From IMG/VR virus record IMGVR_UViG_3300029955_000846: a DNA stretch of 20,000 nt. One strand, written 5' to 3'. The notes under the pieces were generated by a model, which had not been told where the DNA came from, searched no databases, and saw only the letters and a list, made by a program, of their open reading frames with translations. Within the stretch, counting starts at the first letter, position 1. Each line of letters starts with the position of its first letter. The position numbers and the translations under genes are program-made. The DNA comes from an uncultured virus (IMG/VR IMGVR_UViG_3300029955_000846). Lineage: Duplodnaviria > Heunggongvirae > Uroviricota > Caudoviricetes. Of the stretch, positions 1-9,191 are shown piece by piece.

Positions 1-3000
1 CTTCGACTGGGTCTGGGCCTGCTCGGCGGGGGTGGGAGCACGACGGAAGCCCAGCACAGCGCTGGCGGGGAAACTCTCTTCAGATACCTTGCCGCCAGCC
101 TGATTGCCCCCAAGCACTCGCACCCGGTCGCCCTGATAGCCGTCAAAAAAGCCGACGTGCCCGTGTGCGCCAGCCCCCTTCAGCACCACGATGTCGCCAG
201 GCTCCGCATCTTTCGGTGTGACGTTGGATCCGTATGTCAGAAAATCGCGCGCAGCGAGGCTGCCCGTGCCCGGCGCACCATTCTGATGCAGGATCGCATT
301 CACGAATGCCGCGCACCACGCGACCTTTTCCGGATCGAGGGACTGACCGGACGACGCAAAGAGCGACTCAAGCCCGCGCCGGTCTTTGTGCTCGTCATCG
401 CCGACATACCGTCGCGCGGAAGCGAGGTATTGCGCGCGGTTGCCGTCCTGTGCCTGCTGCACCGCCGAGGCGCCATTGATGTCTGAAACAGCCCGATCAT
501 GGAGCGCCTGGGCCTGTGCGAGTGCTGCGGCTTTCGCTTTGGGATCTGTGATCGCGCCGGCCTTCTGCTGGGCCTGCTCAAGGTCTTGGTCGGCCTGAAA
601 TACAGCCTGAGCGCGCTCAGCCTCAGCGCGCAGTTCGGGGATGTCCTTCTTCAGGTTGTTCAGCGCCTTGCTGAACTCGTTCACCTTGTCCGTCGGGATT
701 GACCCGCCGAATTTATCGAAGCTGTCGGTCAATCCGAGTACCGCCCGATCGGCATCCGTCATCGTCCCGCGCGCGGCGTCCATCAGCGCCTTGTTCTGCC
801 GCAGCTTGTCGTTGGCATCGCCGATGTTGCGACCCCAGGCAATGAAACTTGCGCCGACGTTCTGCGGCAGGCCGGCATGCTGCACGAGGTTGTCGATCGA
901 ATGGGTGTACTCGTCGGCCGACAGCTTGCCGCTCTTGAGTTGCTCCGTCAGTCGTTGGACCTGGTTGATCGTCGCGGTCGGCGCGTATGCAAAATCCTCT
1001 CTATCCGAGTGGTTGATGATCGGCCGACTTACGAGTTCGTTGCGGGCATCCTGCAGCTTGACCTGCTGGCTGACCAGTTCGGTCTGCGTGAGGTCGCCGA
1101 GCTTCTGGCGGAACACGTCGGCCTTGCCGCCGGCATCCGCCCAGGCCTGCTGCACCTTGTCGAGTTGACGGTTATGCTCGTCAAACGCCTGCGTCATGTC
1201 GCTGACGCCAGAGACCACTTTGCCGGCAGCCGACATGGCGACGAACGCGATGGCGCCGAACAGGAGCGGGATACCGCCGAGCGCCACGCTCAGAGCCGTC
1301 GATGCGCTGGCCGCCGCCATCAGGGCTTCGCCAAGTTCGACGATCTGCGGGATGAGGGCATAGAAGAATGCGCCGATCCGGATCGCGACGAACGCCTTGA
1401 ACAACTCGAACAAGGTGCCGAAATGATCGAGGCACCAGACAAGGATATTCGTCAGGTTGCCCAGCGCGCGGCCAAGGTTCTGGAAAAACTGCTGCCCCTC
1501 ATCCGAACGGAAATAGGCGTTCAATCGCTCGAGCCCTGCGGCCAGCGCGTCCATGAATCCGGATTTGGCTACGGTCTCTTCGGACTCCTGCAAGGTGGTC
1601 TGAAAGCGGCCCCACTCTGCGTTGAAGGTCCGCAGCGCAGCAGGTAACCGGTCCTGAAAATGCTCGCGCAGCTTGTTCGCGAACTCGTTCATCACCTTTT
1701 CGTTGGCGGCGATACCTTCCGGACTCCGCTGCATCTTGCGGAATTCGTCGTTGGACAAACCAAGCGCTTCGGCCATCGATCGCGCGGCGAACGGGATCTG
1801 CCGCAACACGCCATTGAAATCGCGGGCATCAACCTTGCCCAGTTCGACCATCTTGTTGAAATCGAACAGCACCCGCTCAAACTGTGCGGTCGTCAAGCCG
1901 GCGACGCGGCCAGACTCAGCCAGCGCGGTGAACAGGTTGCGCGTCGTGCCAACGGAGATATTACTCGCGCTGGCGGCAAGAGCGAGCTTTGCATATTCCG
2001 AGGACAGAGAGGTAAGCTCGTAGCCCAGGCGCTCGGCCTCGCCACGCACATAGGTCATTTCCTGCTTGGCGGCGCCCTCGTTGCCATTGAAAGCCGCGAC
2101 GAGTTGCCCTTGGGCCTGCTGCAAGTTTGCTGCGGTCTGGATCACCGCACGCAAGCCCCCCAGCGCGCCCTGCAACCCGACATATGCCGCAGCCAGGCCG
2201 AGCACTTCGCCACGAAGGCGCTGGAACAGGCTCAGCGATTCCCTGCTCGAATTGGCTGCCGACCGAGACGCCCCGGCCGCCTCAACTTCAGCGGCCATTT
2301 TGGCGCGGATCGCTGCGGCCAGCGCCACATACGACTCCCGGGCGCGCGCCGCGAACGTCATTTCGACCTGATGCGATTCCCAATCCAGCGCGGCCATCGC
2401 GGCGCTGGCGCGGGAGGCTTCCGCAGTGGCCCGCAAGGCTGCGGCGACTTCTCGCTCTTTCTCCGCGAGGACGCCCAGACGATTGGGGATTTCGGTAACC
2501 GAATTGCGCAGCGCGTCGTAAGCCGCCTTGGTCTCGATCACGCGGGCGCGGGCCAACTCGAACGCGCCAGACTGCTCCACAGTCGCCGTTCCGGCCTCGC
2601 GCATGGCGACTGCCAAGGCCCGCATTTCGTCCTGCGCCTGGCGATAAACGAGGTACTTTTCCTTGGCCTCAGCAGCCCCCGTGAGGACAGGTGATGAGAC
2701 CCCCTGCACAGGGCCCTGACGTTCCATGATCGACCGCAGTTCGGTCGCCGTCTTTGCGGCGGTCTGCATCGCCGTCGCGACGGCGTCAGCGTTGAGCGCG
2801 ACACCGCCGAGCATATGCGATGCTGCGTCGCCTGCGCCCCGCAACTCGTCGAACACCGTGCGCGCCTTGGCCAGGTTTTCAACCATGGCTTCCTGCGCGA
2901 TGGCCGCCTTGCGGCTTGCGTTCTCCGCATTCAGGGCCGCCCGGGCATTCGATCCGATTTCGGCGGTAAGCCCGGCGTATTGCCGCTCAAGCCCGGTAAC

Positions 3001-3606
3001 CGCCGACGCGCGCGATGCTTGCTGGCGCTCGAGGACGGCCTGCTGTTCGACCAACGGCAAGATCGCCTGAAGCTGCTCGCGATAGCTTTGGCGTTGCTTC
3101 TCAGACGCATTGTCTGCCCGGTTCATCTGGCCGACGAGTCGATTGAACCCCTTGGCGGCTGCGTCGATCTGGATCTGCAAGCCGAGGTGCTGACGCTCCA
3201 ACTGGGCGGCGGCGGCCCGCTCACTTTCAAGCGCAACCTTGACCCGCTCGGACTCAGCGACCAGTCGGCTACCGGCTTGGGCCAATTCCTGTTGCTTGGC
3301 GCCGGCGTCGGCAACGCGGTCATTCGCAGACGCGACGGAGCTTTCGAGGCGCTCCATCGCCCCCGATGCCCGGTCGATCTGGCCAACGACGGTTTCGAGC
3401 GCCTTGAGCCCCTCGATCTCACGCGACAGTTTGTTGTAGGCTTCGCCGAGGCGCCCGAGTTGACCATCCGATTGCTGCGCGCTGTTCCCGACGTCTTGCT
3501 GGACGCCCGACAGGATTTTGAGCGCCTCGGCAACGGCGTTCACCGCCTTGGTTGCCTCGTCCCGCGCCCGGATGACCAGTTCAATATCGCGCTGGGACGA
3601 GGCCAT
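1..3606 (-). CDS. Tail tape measure protein with embedded CHAP/TIGR02594-like peptidoglycan amidase domain (3' end beyond the window)
   Basis: ATG at 3606 (MASSQRDIELVIRARDEATKAV...) directly after the tail chaperone ORFs. Ala/Gln-rich helical sequence with a tape-measure-like segment at ~1660-2040 (YELTSLSSEYAKLALAA...LFTALAESGRVAGL). The same frame near 40-430 reads WCAAFV...GDIVVL...GHVGFF...LGGNQ. I translated the ends and one internal stretch; full openness is inferred from the ORF track reporting no stop-terminated ORF in this frame. Confidence 0.9.
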   Translation of the reverse strand, partial: MASSQRDIELVIRARDEATKAVNAVAEALKILSGVQQDVGNSAQQSDGQLGRLGEAYNKLSREIEGLKALETVVGQIDRASGAMERLESSVASANDRVADAGAKQQELAQAGSRLVAESERVKVALESERAAAAQLERQHLGLQIQIDAAAKGFNRLVGQMNRADNASEKQRQSYREQLQAILPLVEQQAVLERQQASRASAVTGLERQYAGLTAEIGSNARAALNAENASRKAAIAQEAMVENLAKARTVFDELRGAGDAASHMLGGVALNADAVATAMQTAAKTATELRSIMERQGPVQGVSSPVLTGAAEAKEKYLVYRQAQDEMRALAVAMREAGTATVEQSGAFELARARVIETKAAYDALRNSVTEIPNRLGVLAEKEREVAAALRATAEASRASAAMAALDWESHQVEMTFAARARESYVALAAAIRAKMAAEVEAAGASRSAANSSRESLSLFQRLRGEVLGLAAAYVGLQGALGGLRAVIQTAANLQQAQGQLVAAFNGNEGAAKQEMTYVRGEAERLGYELTSLSSEYAKLALAASASNISVGTTRNLFTALAESGRVAGLTTAQFERVLFDFNKMVELGKVDARDFNGVLRQIPFAARSMAEALGLSNDEFRKMQRSPEGIAANEKVMNEFANKLREHFQDRLPAALRTFNAEWGRFQTTLQESEETVAKSGFMDALAAGLERLNAYFRSDEGQQFFQNLGRALGNLTNILVWCLDHFGTLFELFKAFVAIRIGAFFYALIPQIVELGEALMAAASASTALSVALGGIPLLFGAIAFVAMSAAGKVVSGVSDMTQAFDEHNRQLDKVQQAWADAGGKADVFRQKLGDLTQTELVSQQVKLQDARNELVSRPIINHSDREDFAYAPTATINQVQRLTEQLKSGKLSADEYTHSIDNLVQHAGLPQNVGASFIAWGRNIGDANDKLRQNKALMDAARGTMTDADRAVLGLTDSFDKFGGSIPTDKVNEFSKALNNLKKDIPELRAEAERAQAVFQADQDLEQAQQKAGAITDPKAKAAALAQAQALHDRAVSDINGASAVQQAQDGNRAQYLASARRYVGDDEHKDRRGLESLFASSGQSLDPEKVAWCAAFVNAILHQNGAPGTGSLAARDFLTYGSNVTPKDAEPGDIVVLKGAGAHGHVGFFDGYQGDRVRVLGGNQAGGKVSEESFPASAVLGFRRAPTPAEQAQTQSK

Positions 3607-3609
3607 AGT

Positions 3610-3912
3610 TCAGTCCTTCATCAACTTGCTGATTTGCTTACTAAATACGTCCCCACCCTCGGAAGAAAACAACGACGAGACGGCCATTTGCAGAAGGATT
3701 GCCTCGGTCACCGTCTGGCGGTTCAGCCTTTGGACGACGAGGTCACATTCTTCATTCAGCAAACCGAGGGGGTACGTGGCGGCGGCAGGGTGGCCGTTGG
3801 CCAGCAACAGGCTGACTTGGCGGCGAAAACCCCACAACCAGGTGTCGAGGGTTAGAAGCTCCCCATCGTCACCCTGAGACTGTCCAGTACCCGAATGACC
3901 ATCTCGCCCACT
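3610..3912 (-). CDS. Tail assembly chaperone C-terminal (gpT-like) frame, reached by -1 frameshift
   Basis: The -1 frame is open from the A7 slippery site (3912-3918) to the stop at 3610 (SGRDGHSGTGQSQGDDGELLTLDTWLWGFRRQVSLLLANGHP...). Position between chaperone and tape measure matches lambda G-T. Confidence 0.8.
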   Translation of the reverse strand, partial: SGRDGHSGTGQSQGDDGELLTLDTWLWGFRRQVSLLLANGHPAAATYPLGLLNEECDLVVQRLNRQTVTEAILLQMAVSSLFSSEGGDVFSKQISKLMKD

Positions 3913-4271
3913 TTTTTTACGCCGCCGTGCCCTTCGAACGTGAGCATCGCGATCTTTTCGAGCGCCTCCAACTGCGCAGGCATCGGCAGAAGGTCGACCA
4001 GATTGACGTCCGGCTCATCGGCGCCAGCGGCAACGATCTGTCGAAAAGCTGCGGGAGCCACCTGGGCAATGGCTGTGATCATCACGGCGGTATCGGTCAG
4101 CAGACCCGGCACACCGCCTTTCGAGAACCTGTCGAACAACAGGGCGAGAGGCTCGAAATTTGCTTGGACAATGGGTTGAATGTCGAGGAAGCCGAGCCCC
4201 CGAACGGAGAATGATTCCCCGTTCAGGAGTTCGACCTTGTCGGTGCGGCTTGTCAGGTGCGCAAGTCCCAC
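3852..4271 (-). CDS. Tail assembly chaperone (gpG-like), ~139 aa
   Basis: GTG at 4271 preceded by GGAG just after the tail tube stop. Lies between tail tube and tape measure and contains GTA AAA AAA near its 3' end. Confidence 0.8.
   Translation of the reverse strand: MGLAHLTSRTDKVELLNGESFSVRGLGFLDIQPIVQANFEPLALLFDRFSKGGVPGLLTDTAVMITAIAQVAPAAFRQIVAAGADEPDVNLVDLLPMPAQLEALEKIAMLTFEGHGGVKKVGEMVIRVLDSLRVTMGSF
3912..3918 (-). other. -1 programmed ribosomal frameshift slippery heptamer A AAA AAA
   Basis: X XXY YYZ pattern in the correct phase (GTA AAA AAA GTG). A -1 slip joins the downstream ORF, giving a ~220-aa fusion. Confidence 0.8.
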
Positions 4272-4284
4272 GAGCCCGCTCCGA

Positions 4285-5094
4285 TCAGACGCCGATACCA
4301 TCGACAAACATGAAGGTGCTAGCGCTGCTGAGCAGCAAGACCTTCAAGTCGAAGGTGATCTCGGCGAACTTGTCACCAATCGCGTCATAGGTGCCGTTGG
4401 GGACCAGCTTGACCCACGGCAGATACCAGACGTCGTTCGAGCCGGTGCTGTTGTCCGAGATATAGCGCACGGCGCCCTCCATCGGCTTGGTGCCGGCGGT
4501 GACCCGCGTCTTGGAAACTGCCAGGAGCGAATAGCCGACACTGAGCGTTTCCCCAGACGTGATCGAGCCGCCAGGAAGGGGCTGAATGCGGGCCATCGTA
4601 TAGTCGACCAGGTAATCCACGCCTTCGACATACGTCGTCGTCCCGGCCCCGTTCTTCACCACGGGTTTGGTCGCGGTGCTGAGCGACTGGACGCCCACCG
4701 GGTTGGCGCCGCCGGCCCGGCCGAGTTGATAGTAGGCACCGAGAAGCACCGGGCCGATCTGCTCCGGGGCGATAGCGCCGGCCGCCTGCGTGATCGTCTG
4801 GGGACCACCAGAAGCGAAAAGGAAGCGCGAAAGCTGGTTCGCGTCCACGTTCTCGCTCTGGATCTGGCCCGATGCGTCCGCCTGGATCGCAGCAGATTCA
4901 TCCATCACCTTCACGCCACCGGTCGACTGGTAGTGATCGGTCTGGGTCGTCTTGATCGCGACGTTGAAGCCCTTGCAGTCGCCGAGGAACATTTCGCCTG
5001 TGAGGCTCTGCGTTCCGGGGGCGAAGGCATCAAAGAAGACCGCACCGCGGCCAGTCCGATAGTTGTTGACAACGGGAGTCAGAATGGAAGGCAT
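4285..5094 (-). CDS. Major tail tube protein, ~269 aa
   Basis: AAGGAG precedes ATG at 5094. Beta-rich Gly/Thr sequence (NYRTGRGAVFF...FLGDCKGFNV...WYLPWVKLVPNG); position before the chaperone and tape measure. Confidence 0.8.
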   Translation of the reverse strand: MPSILTPVVNNYRTGRGAVFFDAFAPGTQSLTGEMFLGDCKGFNVAIKTTQTDHYQSTGGVKVMDESAAIQADASGQIQSENVDANQLSRFLFASGGPQTITQAAGAIAPEQIGPVLLGAYYQLGRAGGANPVGVQSLSTATKPVVKNGAGTTTYVEGVDYLVDYTMARIQPLPGGSITSGETLSVGYSLLAVSKTRVTAGTKPMEGAVRYISDNSTGSNDVWYLPWVKLVPNGTYDAIGDKFAEITFDLKVLLLSSASTFMFVDGIGV

Positions 5095-5135
5095 AACGGT
5101 CACTCCTTGATAGTGAAATCACCCATAACGTGATT

Positions 5136-5669
5136 TCAGGGGTAGGCAAAGGGGCTCGTCATATCCTCGAAAAACTCGAGGGTGAGCGGCAGGAAGAAGT
5201 TGGCCATGGCCGATACATCGTCCGGCGGCCGCACGACGCCGGTAGCGATTTTGTAGGAGCGAACCGCGCGGCCGACCCCGAAGATATTCCCCGATCCCAA
5301 GGCCGCTTTGAGATGGAGCGCGAGGCACTTCTTCACATCGGCCATCAGGTAGTGGGCGGGATCGGTCGGATTTGTCGGATCATCCTGGACGAATCCCTGA
5401 ACGAACAATGGCCATGGGCCAGCACCCAACCCGGAAAACTCGGGAGCAAACCCCCACTCTGGGCGCGGTTCCTCAAGGATCGAAAGCATCGGCAGCGGGT
5501 CGTCCATGCCGAACACATTTCGGCCGCGGAACACTCTGGGGCGCGTGTCGCCGTTGGTATCCACATAGTCCGAGAGATCGTGCTGATAGCCGGCGGCCGG
5601 CGTGATGCCTTGCAGCAACGCCGTCAGACCCATCAGCGTGGCCAGCTTGATTGGAATCAGCATGCTCAT
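5136..5669 (-). CDS. Putative tail terminator/completion protein, 177 aa
   Basis: LQGITPAAGYQHDL...RVFRGR...LPMLSILE pattern, position immediately before the tail tube gene, ATGA overlap with the upstream gene. Confidence 0.65.
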   Translation of the reverse strand: MSMLIPIKLATLMGLTALLQGITPAAGYQHDLSDYVDTNGDTRPRVFRGRNVFGMDDPLPMLSILEEPRPEWGFAPEFSGLGAGPWPLFVQGFVQDDPTNPTDPAHYLMADVKKCLALHLKAALGSGNIFGVGRAVRSYKIATGVVRPPDDVSAMANFFLPLTLEFFEDMTSPFAYP

Positions 5670-6274
5670 TGCTTCAGATCCATCTGTCGATTGTATTCCT
5701 GCTCGAGGAACTCAGCCGCAGCCGGCGCAACCTCGGCGCGTGTCCCATCGAACACCTGACTGATGCTGGGGCCGTAGAGCAGCCACAACCCGTTGCTGAA
5801 CGCCTTCGGCAGGTATGCGCCAGCGGGCGGCCCCTTGCTCCGGACAGCGAGGCCCATGTTCGCGTTCGCCAGTCTGACGAGAAAGGCCTTCGGCATAACG
5901 ACAGCGCGACCCGGCTTGATCTCGACGGTGACACCCCCGGGGGCCCCCGGCTTGGGATTGCCCTTGACGAACCGCGCGAGTGAGGTGGGGTCCACACGCG
6001 CGCCGATCCGGCCGCTCAGCGATGCCGTCGAGGCGTAGGCCTTGACGATCAGTCGTCCTTCCGCCGGATTCAAGTAGCTGGCGGGAAAGGCGACCTGGCT
6101 TCGGATGGCCTCGGCGCTGCGCGTGCGGGTCCAGTCCAGAGCCTTGTTCACCGCTCTCTGCGCGCTCACAAGATGATGCTGCGCCACGTCATCGATCGCG
6201 TCGAAGGCCTCGATCCCAGAGATTGATATGCCGTAGCGCGAGCCCGCCGTATTGAAGATGGTGATTTTCGCCAT
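5666..6274 (-). CDS. Tail completion/neck protein (lambda gpZ-like), ~202 aa
   Basis: Start ATG 6274 overlaps the upstream stop (TGATG). RAVNKALDWTRT...KAFLVRL...LLYGPSISQVF resembles gpZ-like proteins. The ORF-track extension to 6562 overlaps the upstream gene. Confidence 0.7.
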   Translation of the reverse strand: MAKITIFNTAGSRYGISISGIEAFDAIDDVAQHHLVSAQRAVNKALDWTRTRSAEAIRSQVAFPASYLNPAEGRLIVKAYASTASLSGRIGARVDPTSLARFVKGNPKPGAPGGVTVEIKPGRAVVMPKAFLVRLANANMGLAVRSKGPPAGAYLPKAFSNGLWLLYGPSISQVFDGTRAEVAPAAAEFLEQEYNRQMDLKQ

Positions 6275-6690
6275 CAGACACCGTTTCCGGGATAGACGAT
6301 CTGGTCGCCATCTTCCGAGGGATAGGGCAGCCCATTGGCTGCGCCATTGATCATCGGGGCGATCTGCACATGCTGGAACCGGTCGTCCGGCGGCAGCGTA
6401 TGATCGATGGTATAGGCTTCGCCCTGTTCGAATGACAGGATTGCCCCTTTGGTGATTTGGGCTGTCGGGATCGCATCCAGATCGAACACCGCCCGGGGCG
6501 CCAGATTCTCCATCTCGGCAGGGTAGAGGCGCGAGCCTTTTACGTCGCCCATGCGATCCCACCGGTTGTGCAAGCGCACGCGCAATAGGACAGGGGCGGC
6601 GGAAAGGGTTCGCAGGTACACAACCGGGATCGCCATACGATGATGGAGATCCCGGCGTGCGTTCCGCTTAATGGTGCGGATTGGCACCAT
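6274..6690 (-). CDS. Putative head-tail joining (head closure) protein, 138 aa
   Basis: TGATG coupling at both ends; position between capsid region and gpZ-like gene. Function is from synteny only. Confidence 0.6.
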   Translation of the reverse strand: MVPIRTIKRNARRDLHHRMAIPVVYLRTLSAAPVLLRVRLHNRWDRMGDVKGSRLYPAEMENLAPRAVFDLDAIPTAQITKGAILSFEQGEAYTIDHTLPPDDRFQHVQIAPMINGAANGLPYPSEDGDQIVYPGNGV

Positions 6691-6989
6691 CAGACGAGGT
6701 CGTCGTGTTCCGCCGGGGTGCCAGGCGCCGCAGGAGCAGCGGGGGCATCGGTGGAGGTGGGCTTCAAGTCCGCCGCAGCGGCCAGCGCCGGATCAAGCGT
6801 CTTCTCCGGATGGGTCGCCCGGTAGATCAGCACTTCTTCATCGGTCGGCTCGCGCACAGCACCGGCTTTCGTCAGATGACTGACGTGATCGGCCGCGACC
6901 AGATGGACCGCGCCGGGCTGCAGGATCTTCAGTTCCTTGGTCTCCGGATCCGAATGGTAGACCACATGCTTGATGAACAAAAGGGGCAT
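6690..6989 (-). CDS. Hypothetical head-associated protein (lambda FI position), 99 aa
   Basis: GAGGTG before ATG; follows the capsid gene; Ala/Pro-rich tail ending EHDDLV. Confidence 0.65.
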   Translation of the reverse strand: MPLLFIKHVVYHSDPETKELKILQPGAVHLVAADHVSHLTKAGAVREPTDEEVLIYRATHPEKTLDPALAAAADLKPTSTDAPAAPAAPGTPAEHDDLV

Positions 6990-7005
6990 AAGTCACCTCA
7001 AAGTT

Positions 7006-7037
7006 GACTCAGTCAGCAAGTCAATGCTGACCGAGTT
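7006..7037 (-). terminator. Hairpin downstream of capsid gene (weak terminator or mRNA-stabilising stem)
   Basis: Minus strand AACTCGGTCAGCA-TTGACT-TGCTGACTGAGTC, ~12-bp stem, followed only by AACTTT (poor U-tract). Confidence 0.45.
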
Positions 7038-7046
7038 GGGTTGCAA

Positions 7047-8198
7047 TTACGAAGCGGTCACCGTCGCGCGGAACGTCGCGTTCGGGTTGACCGGCACGAA
7101 CAGCGGGGCCGACTGGTGCAACAGGTATTCGACGGCGGGGTCGCCCGGCTCGTACCAATTGCGCGGGAAGATATCGAGCGCCTGCCAGTTGGCATAGGGA
7201 TCGACGATCGCCCCGAAGCAGCGATGGCCCGAGATCGCATCCGGATGGCCGGTAAGCACGATATCGGTGGGGGCAAGGAACGGCTGCTCCACACCGGTAT
7301 CGTCAACATAGCTGTCCCGATACAGCCAGATTTCGACCACCGCGCCGGTGGGCCCACCAAAAGGCAGATCGCCAACCTTCGTGACGAACTCGCCCGACAC
7401 CAGCGCACGCTGGACGTCGATCCCGGTATTCGGGTAGAACTTGTTCATCATCGACAGGATTTCGGGATCGCTGCGCATGGCCTGCCACGCCGAGGTGCCG
7501 ACGGTCAGCCGGATCGGGAAGCCGCCGAAACCGCCGGTGCCATCCGAATTGTAGGTCGGCTTCATCATCTGGTCAGCCCAGGTCTGCAGCATCGACAGGA
7601 TGCTGATACCCGAAGTCCCCCAAAACGAGCCAGCGGTGAGGGCGACGCTCTGATTGGCGTTCCGGCCGAAGTTCACCGTGGTCAGCGGATATTCCTCGGT
7701 GCCGCCAATGGTCACCTGACCGTAGATGATCGCTTGCGCGGCCATCCACTCCCAACGGCGCTGGATGGTGATCAAGTGCTGGGCGGTCATGCCCGCCTTG
7801 AGCGCATCGCGCCGCTGGGCGGGCGTCAGCGGCGTATCCGTGCCGAGGATCGCGTCGATGCCGGGGATCTTGGACATGACGCGCGCCGGATCAACGGCGT
7901 CCTTGACCTTGATATAGGCCGGCTTGAAGCGGTAGCCGTTCGCCCGATCGGTATAGACCGGCTTGCCGCTGCCGCTGGGCAGCACGAACGGCGCCAGCTT
8001 GCGATTCTGATAGGGCAGCTTCTCGAAATCGATCCACTCGTCGATGCTGTTCACCTGGCGGTTGAACATGTCCAGCCAGTAGGTGAAGCGCGGCAGGACG
8101 TCGCGCATGACGCCGATCGACTTGCGCAGCGACCAGAGATTGAACGGGTTGGTGGCGGAATAGGGGGCGATCGTCACGCCCGTGGCACCAGTGGTCAT
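7047..8198 (-). CDS. Major capsid protein, lambda gpE family, 383 aa
   Basis: GAGGAG SD. RKLAPFV, FKPAYIKVKDAVDP, RRWEWMAAQAI and HQSAPL motifs typical of capsid E; follows the decoration gene. Confidence 0.92.
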   Translation of the reverse strand: MTTGATGVTIAPYSATNPFNLWSLRKSIGVMRDVLPRFTYWLDMFNRQVNSIDEWIDFEKLPYQNRKLAPFVLPSGSGKPVYTDRANGYRFKPAYIKVKDAVDPARVMSKIPGIDAILGTDTPLTPAQRRDALKAGMTAQHLITIQRRWEWMAAQAIIYGQVTIGGTEEYPLTTVNFGRNANQSVALTAGSFWGTSGISILSMLQTWADQMMKPTYNSDGTGGFGGFPIRLTVGTSAWQAMRSDPEILSMMNKFYPNTGIDVQRALVSGEFVTKVGDLPFGGPTGAVVEIWLYRDSYVDDTGVEQPFLAPTDIVLTGHPDAISGHRCFGAIVDPYANWQALDIFPRNWYEPGDPAVEYLLHQSAPLFVPVNPNATFRATVTAS

Positions 8199-8232
8199 TT
8201 TATAGACTCCTCACGAAAAGAGTGATTGTCGA

Positions 8233-8655
8233 TCAGGGCTGCGGCTGAATCGGGCGCCAGCGCACCGTGATGGTGGTGGGCGTCGGCGCACCGGCGAAGG
8301 CTGCCTGCTGGAACGCCTGCGTGTTGTACGAAGCGTCGTAGACAAGGGCGTTCCCGTTGAAGCATCCCGAGAAGTAGACCGGAATGGATTCGCTCGAATC
8401 GCCAGCGGCCGTGACGATCGGCACCGAGGCGACGCCGATCGCCTGGGTGACGCCCTTCACCGCCGGAATAAGCTGGCCGCCCGCATTCAGGCCAACGACC
8501 TGAAACTGAGCGATCGTGGTGTTCGGGGCCACGGGGTAGGGATACGACTTGAGCGGGAGGTCCGACCCGGCGAGCAGAAACGACTGCAGCCAGGTATCGG
8601 TCTGCTGGAAGCTCGCCTGACCGAGAACCGGATAGGGAATGGTAACCTGTGCCAT
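8233..8655 (-). CDS. Head decoration protein (gpD-like), ~140 aa
   Basis: Between protease and capsid; QAIGV...VYFSGCFNGNALVY motif. ATG 8655 chosen for SD spacing (8664 is the alternative). Confidence 0.8.
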   Translation of the reverse strand: MAQVTIPYPVLGQASFQQTDTWLQSFLLAGSDLPLKSYPYPVAPNTTIAQFQVVGLNAGGQLIPAVKGVTQAIGVASVPIVTAAGDSSESIPVYFSGCFNGNALVYDASYNTQAFQQAAFAGAPTPTTITVRWRPIQPQP

Positions 8656-8699
8656 TTGGCTCATCCTTCACGAAAAGAGTGACTCGACTGCCCAGTTGG

Positions 8700-9191
8700 T
8701 CAGCGGGTGGGGCCGTCCTTCAGCTTTTGGGTGCTGCGGAGGCCGGGGATACCCATTGCGGCGGCGGCGCTCAGCGCGCTCCCGGCGTCATCGGGATCTT
8801 CAACCCGCGCTTCGGGGCCGCCAGGCGTGACGCCTGCGCCGCCGGTGGCGCCCATGGCCGCGGCGAAGTTGGAATTGGCGTGCGCGCTGACCGGCGGATC
8901 GGCAGCCGGGACCGCCGCAACCGGCGCGGCTGCCGACGGGGCAGGGGTTTCCGCAGGCAGATCGGCCATAAAGGACGCAGCATCCGCAGCGCTCATCGTC
9001 TGCTTGAATGCGATCTTGCGGGCGAGTGCGGGATGCGTCTGGGCTTCCGGGCTGTTCAGGATCGCGTCGATGCGGGTGCGTTCGGCGGTGGTGCCTTCGG
9101 CGACGCCGGCGGCGTGACCTTCGGCGCGCGCGGACGCGACGGCGGTATCATGGGCGGCCTGATCGACCGTCCCACTGCTCTGATTGGACAT
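8700..9191 (-). CDS. Nested in-frame scaffolding protein (Nu3-like), 163 aa
   Basis: Internal GGAG-N8-ATG (MSNQSSGT...) in frame with the protease; Ala-rich with AERTRIDAIL. Confidence 0.6.
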   Translation of the reverse strand: MSNQSSGTVDQAAHDTAVASARAEGHAAGVAEGTTAERTRIDAILNSPEAQTHPALARKIAFKQTMSAADAASFMADLPAETPAPSAAAPVAAVPAADPPVSAHANSNFAAAMGATGGAGVTPGGPEARVEDPDDAGSALSAAAAMGIPGLRSTQKLKDGPTR

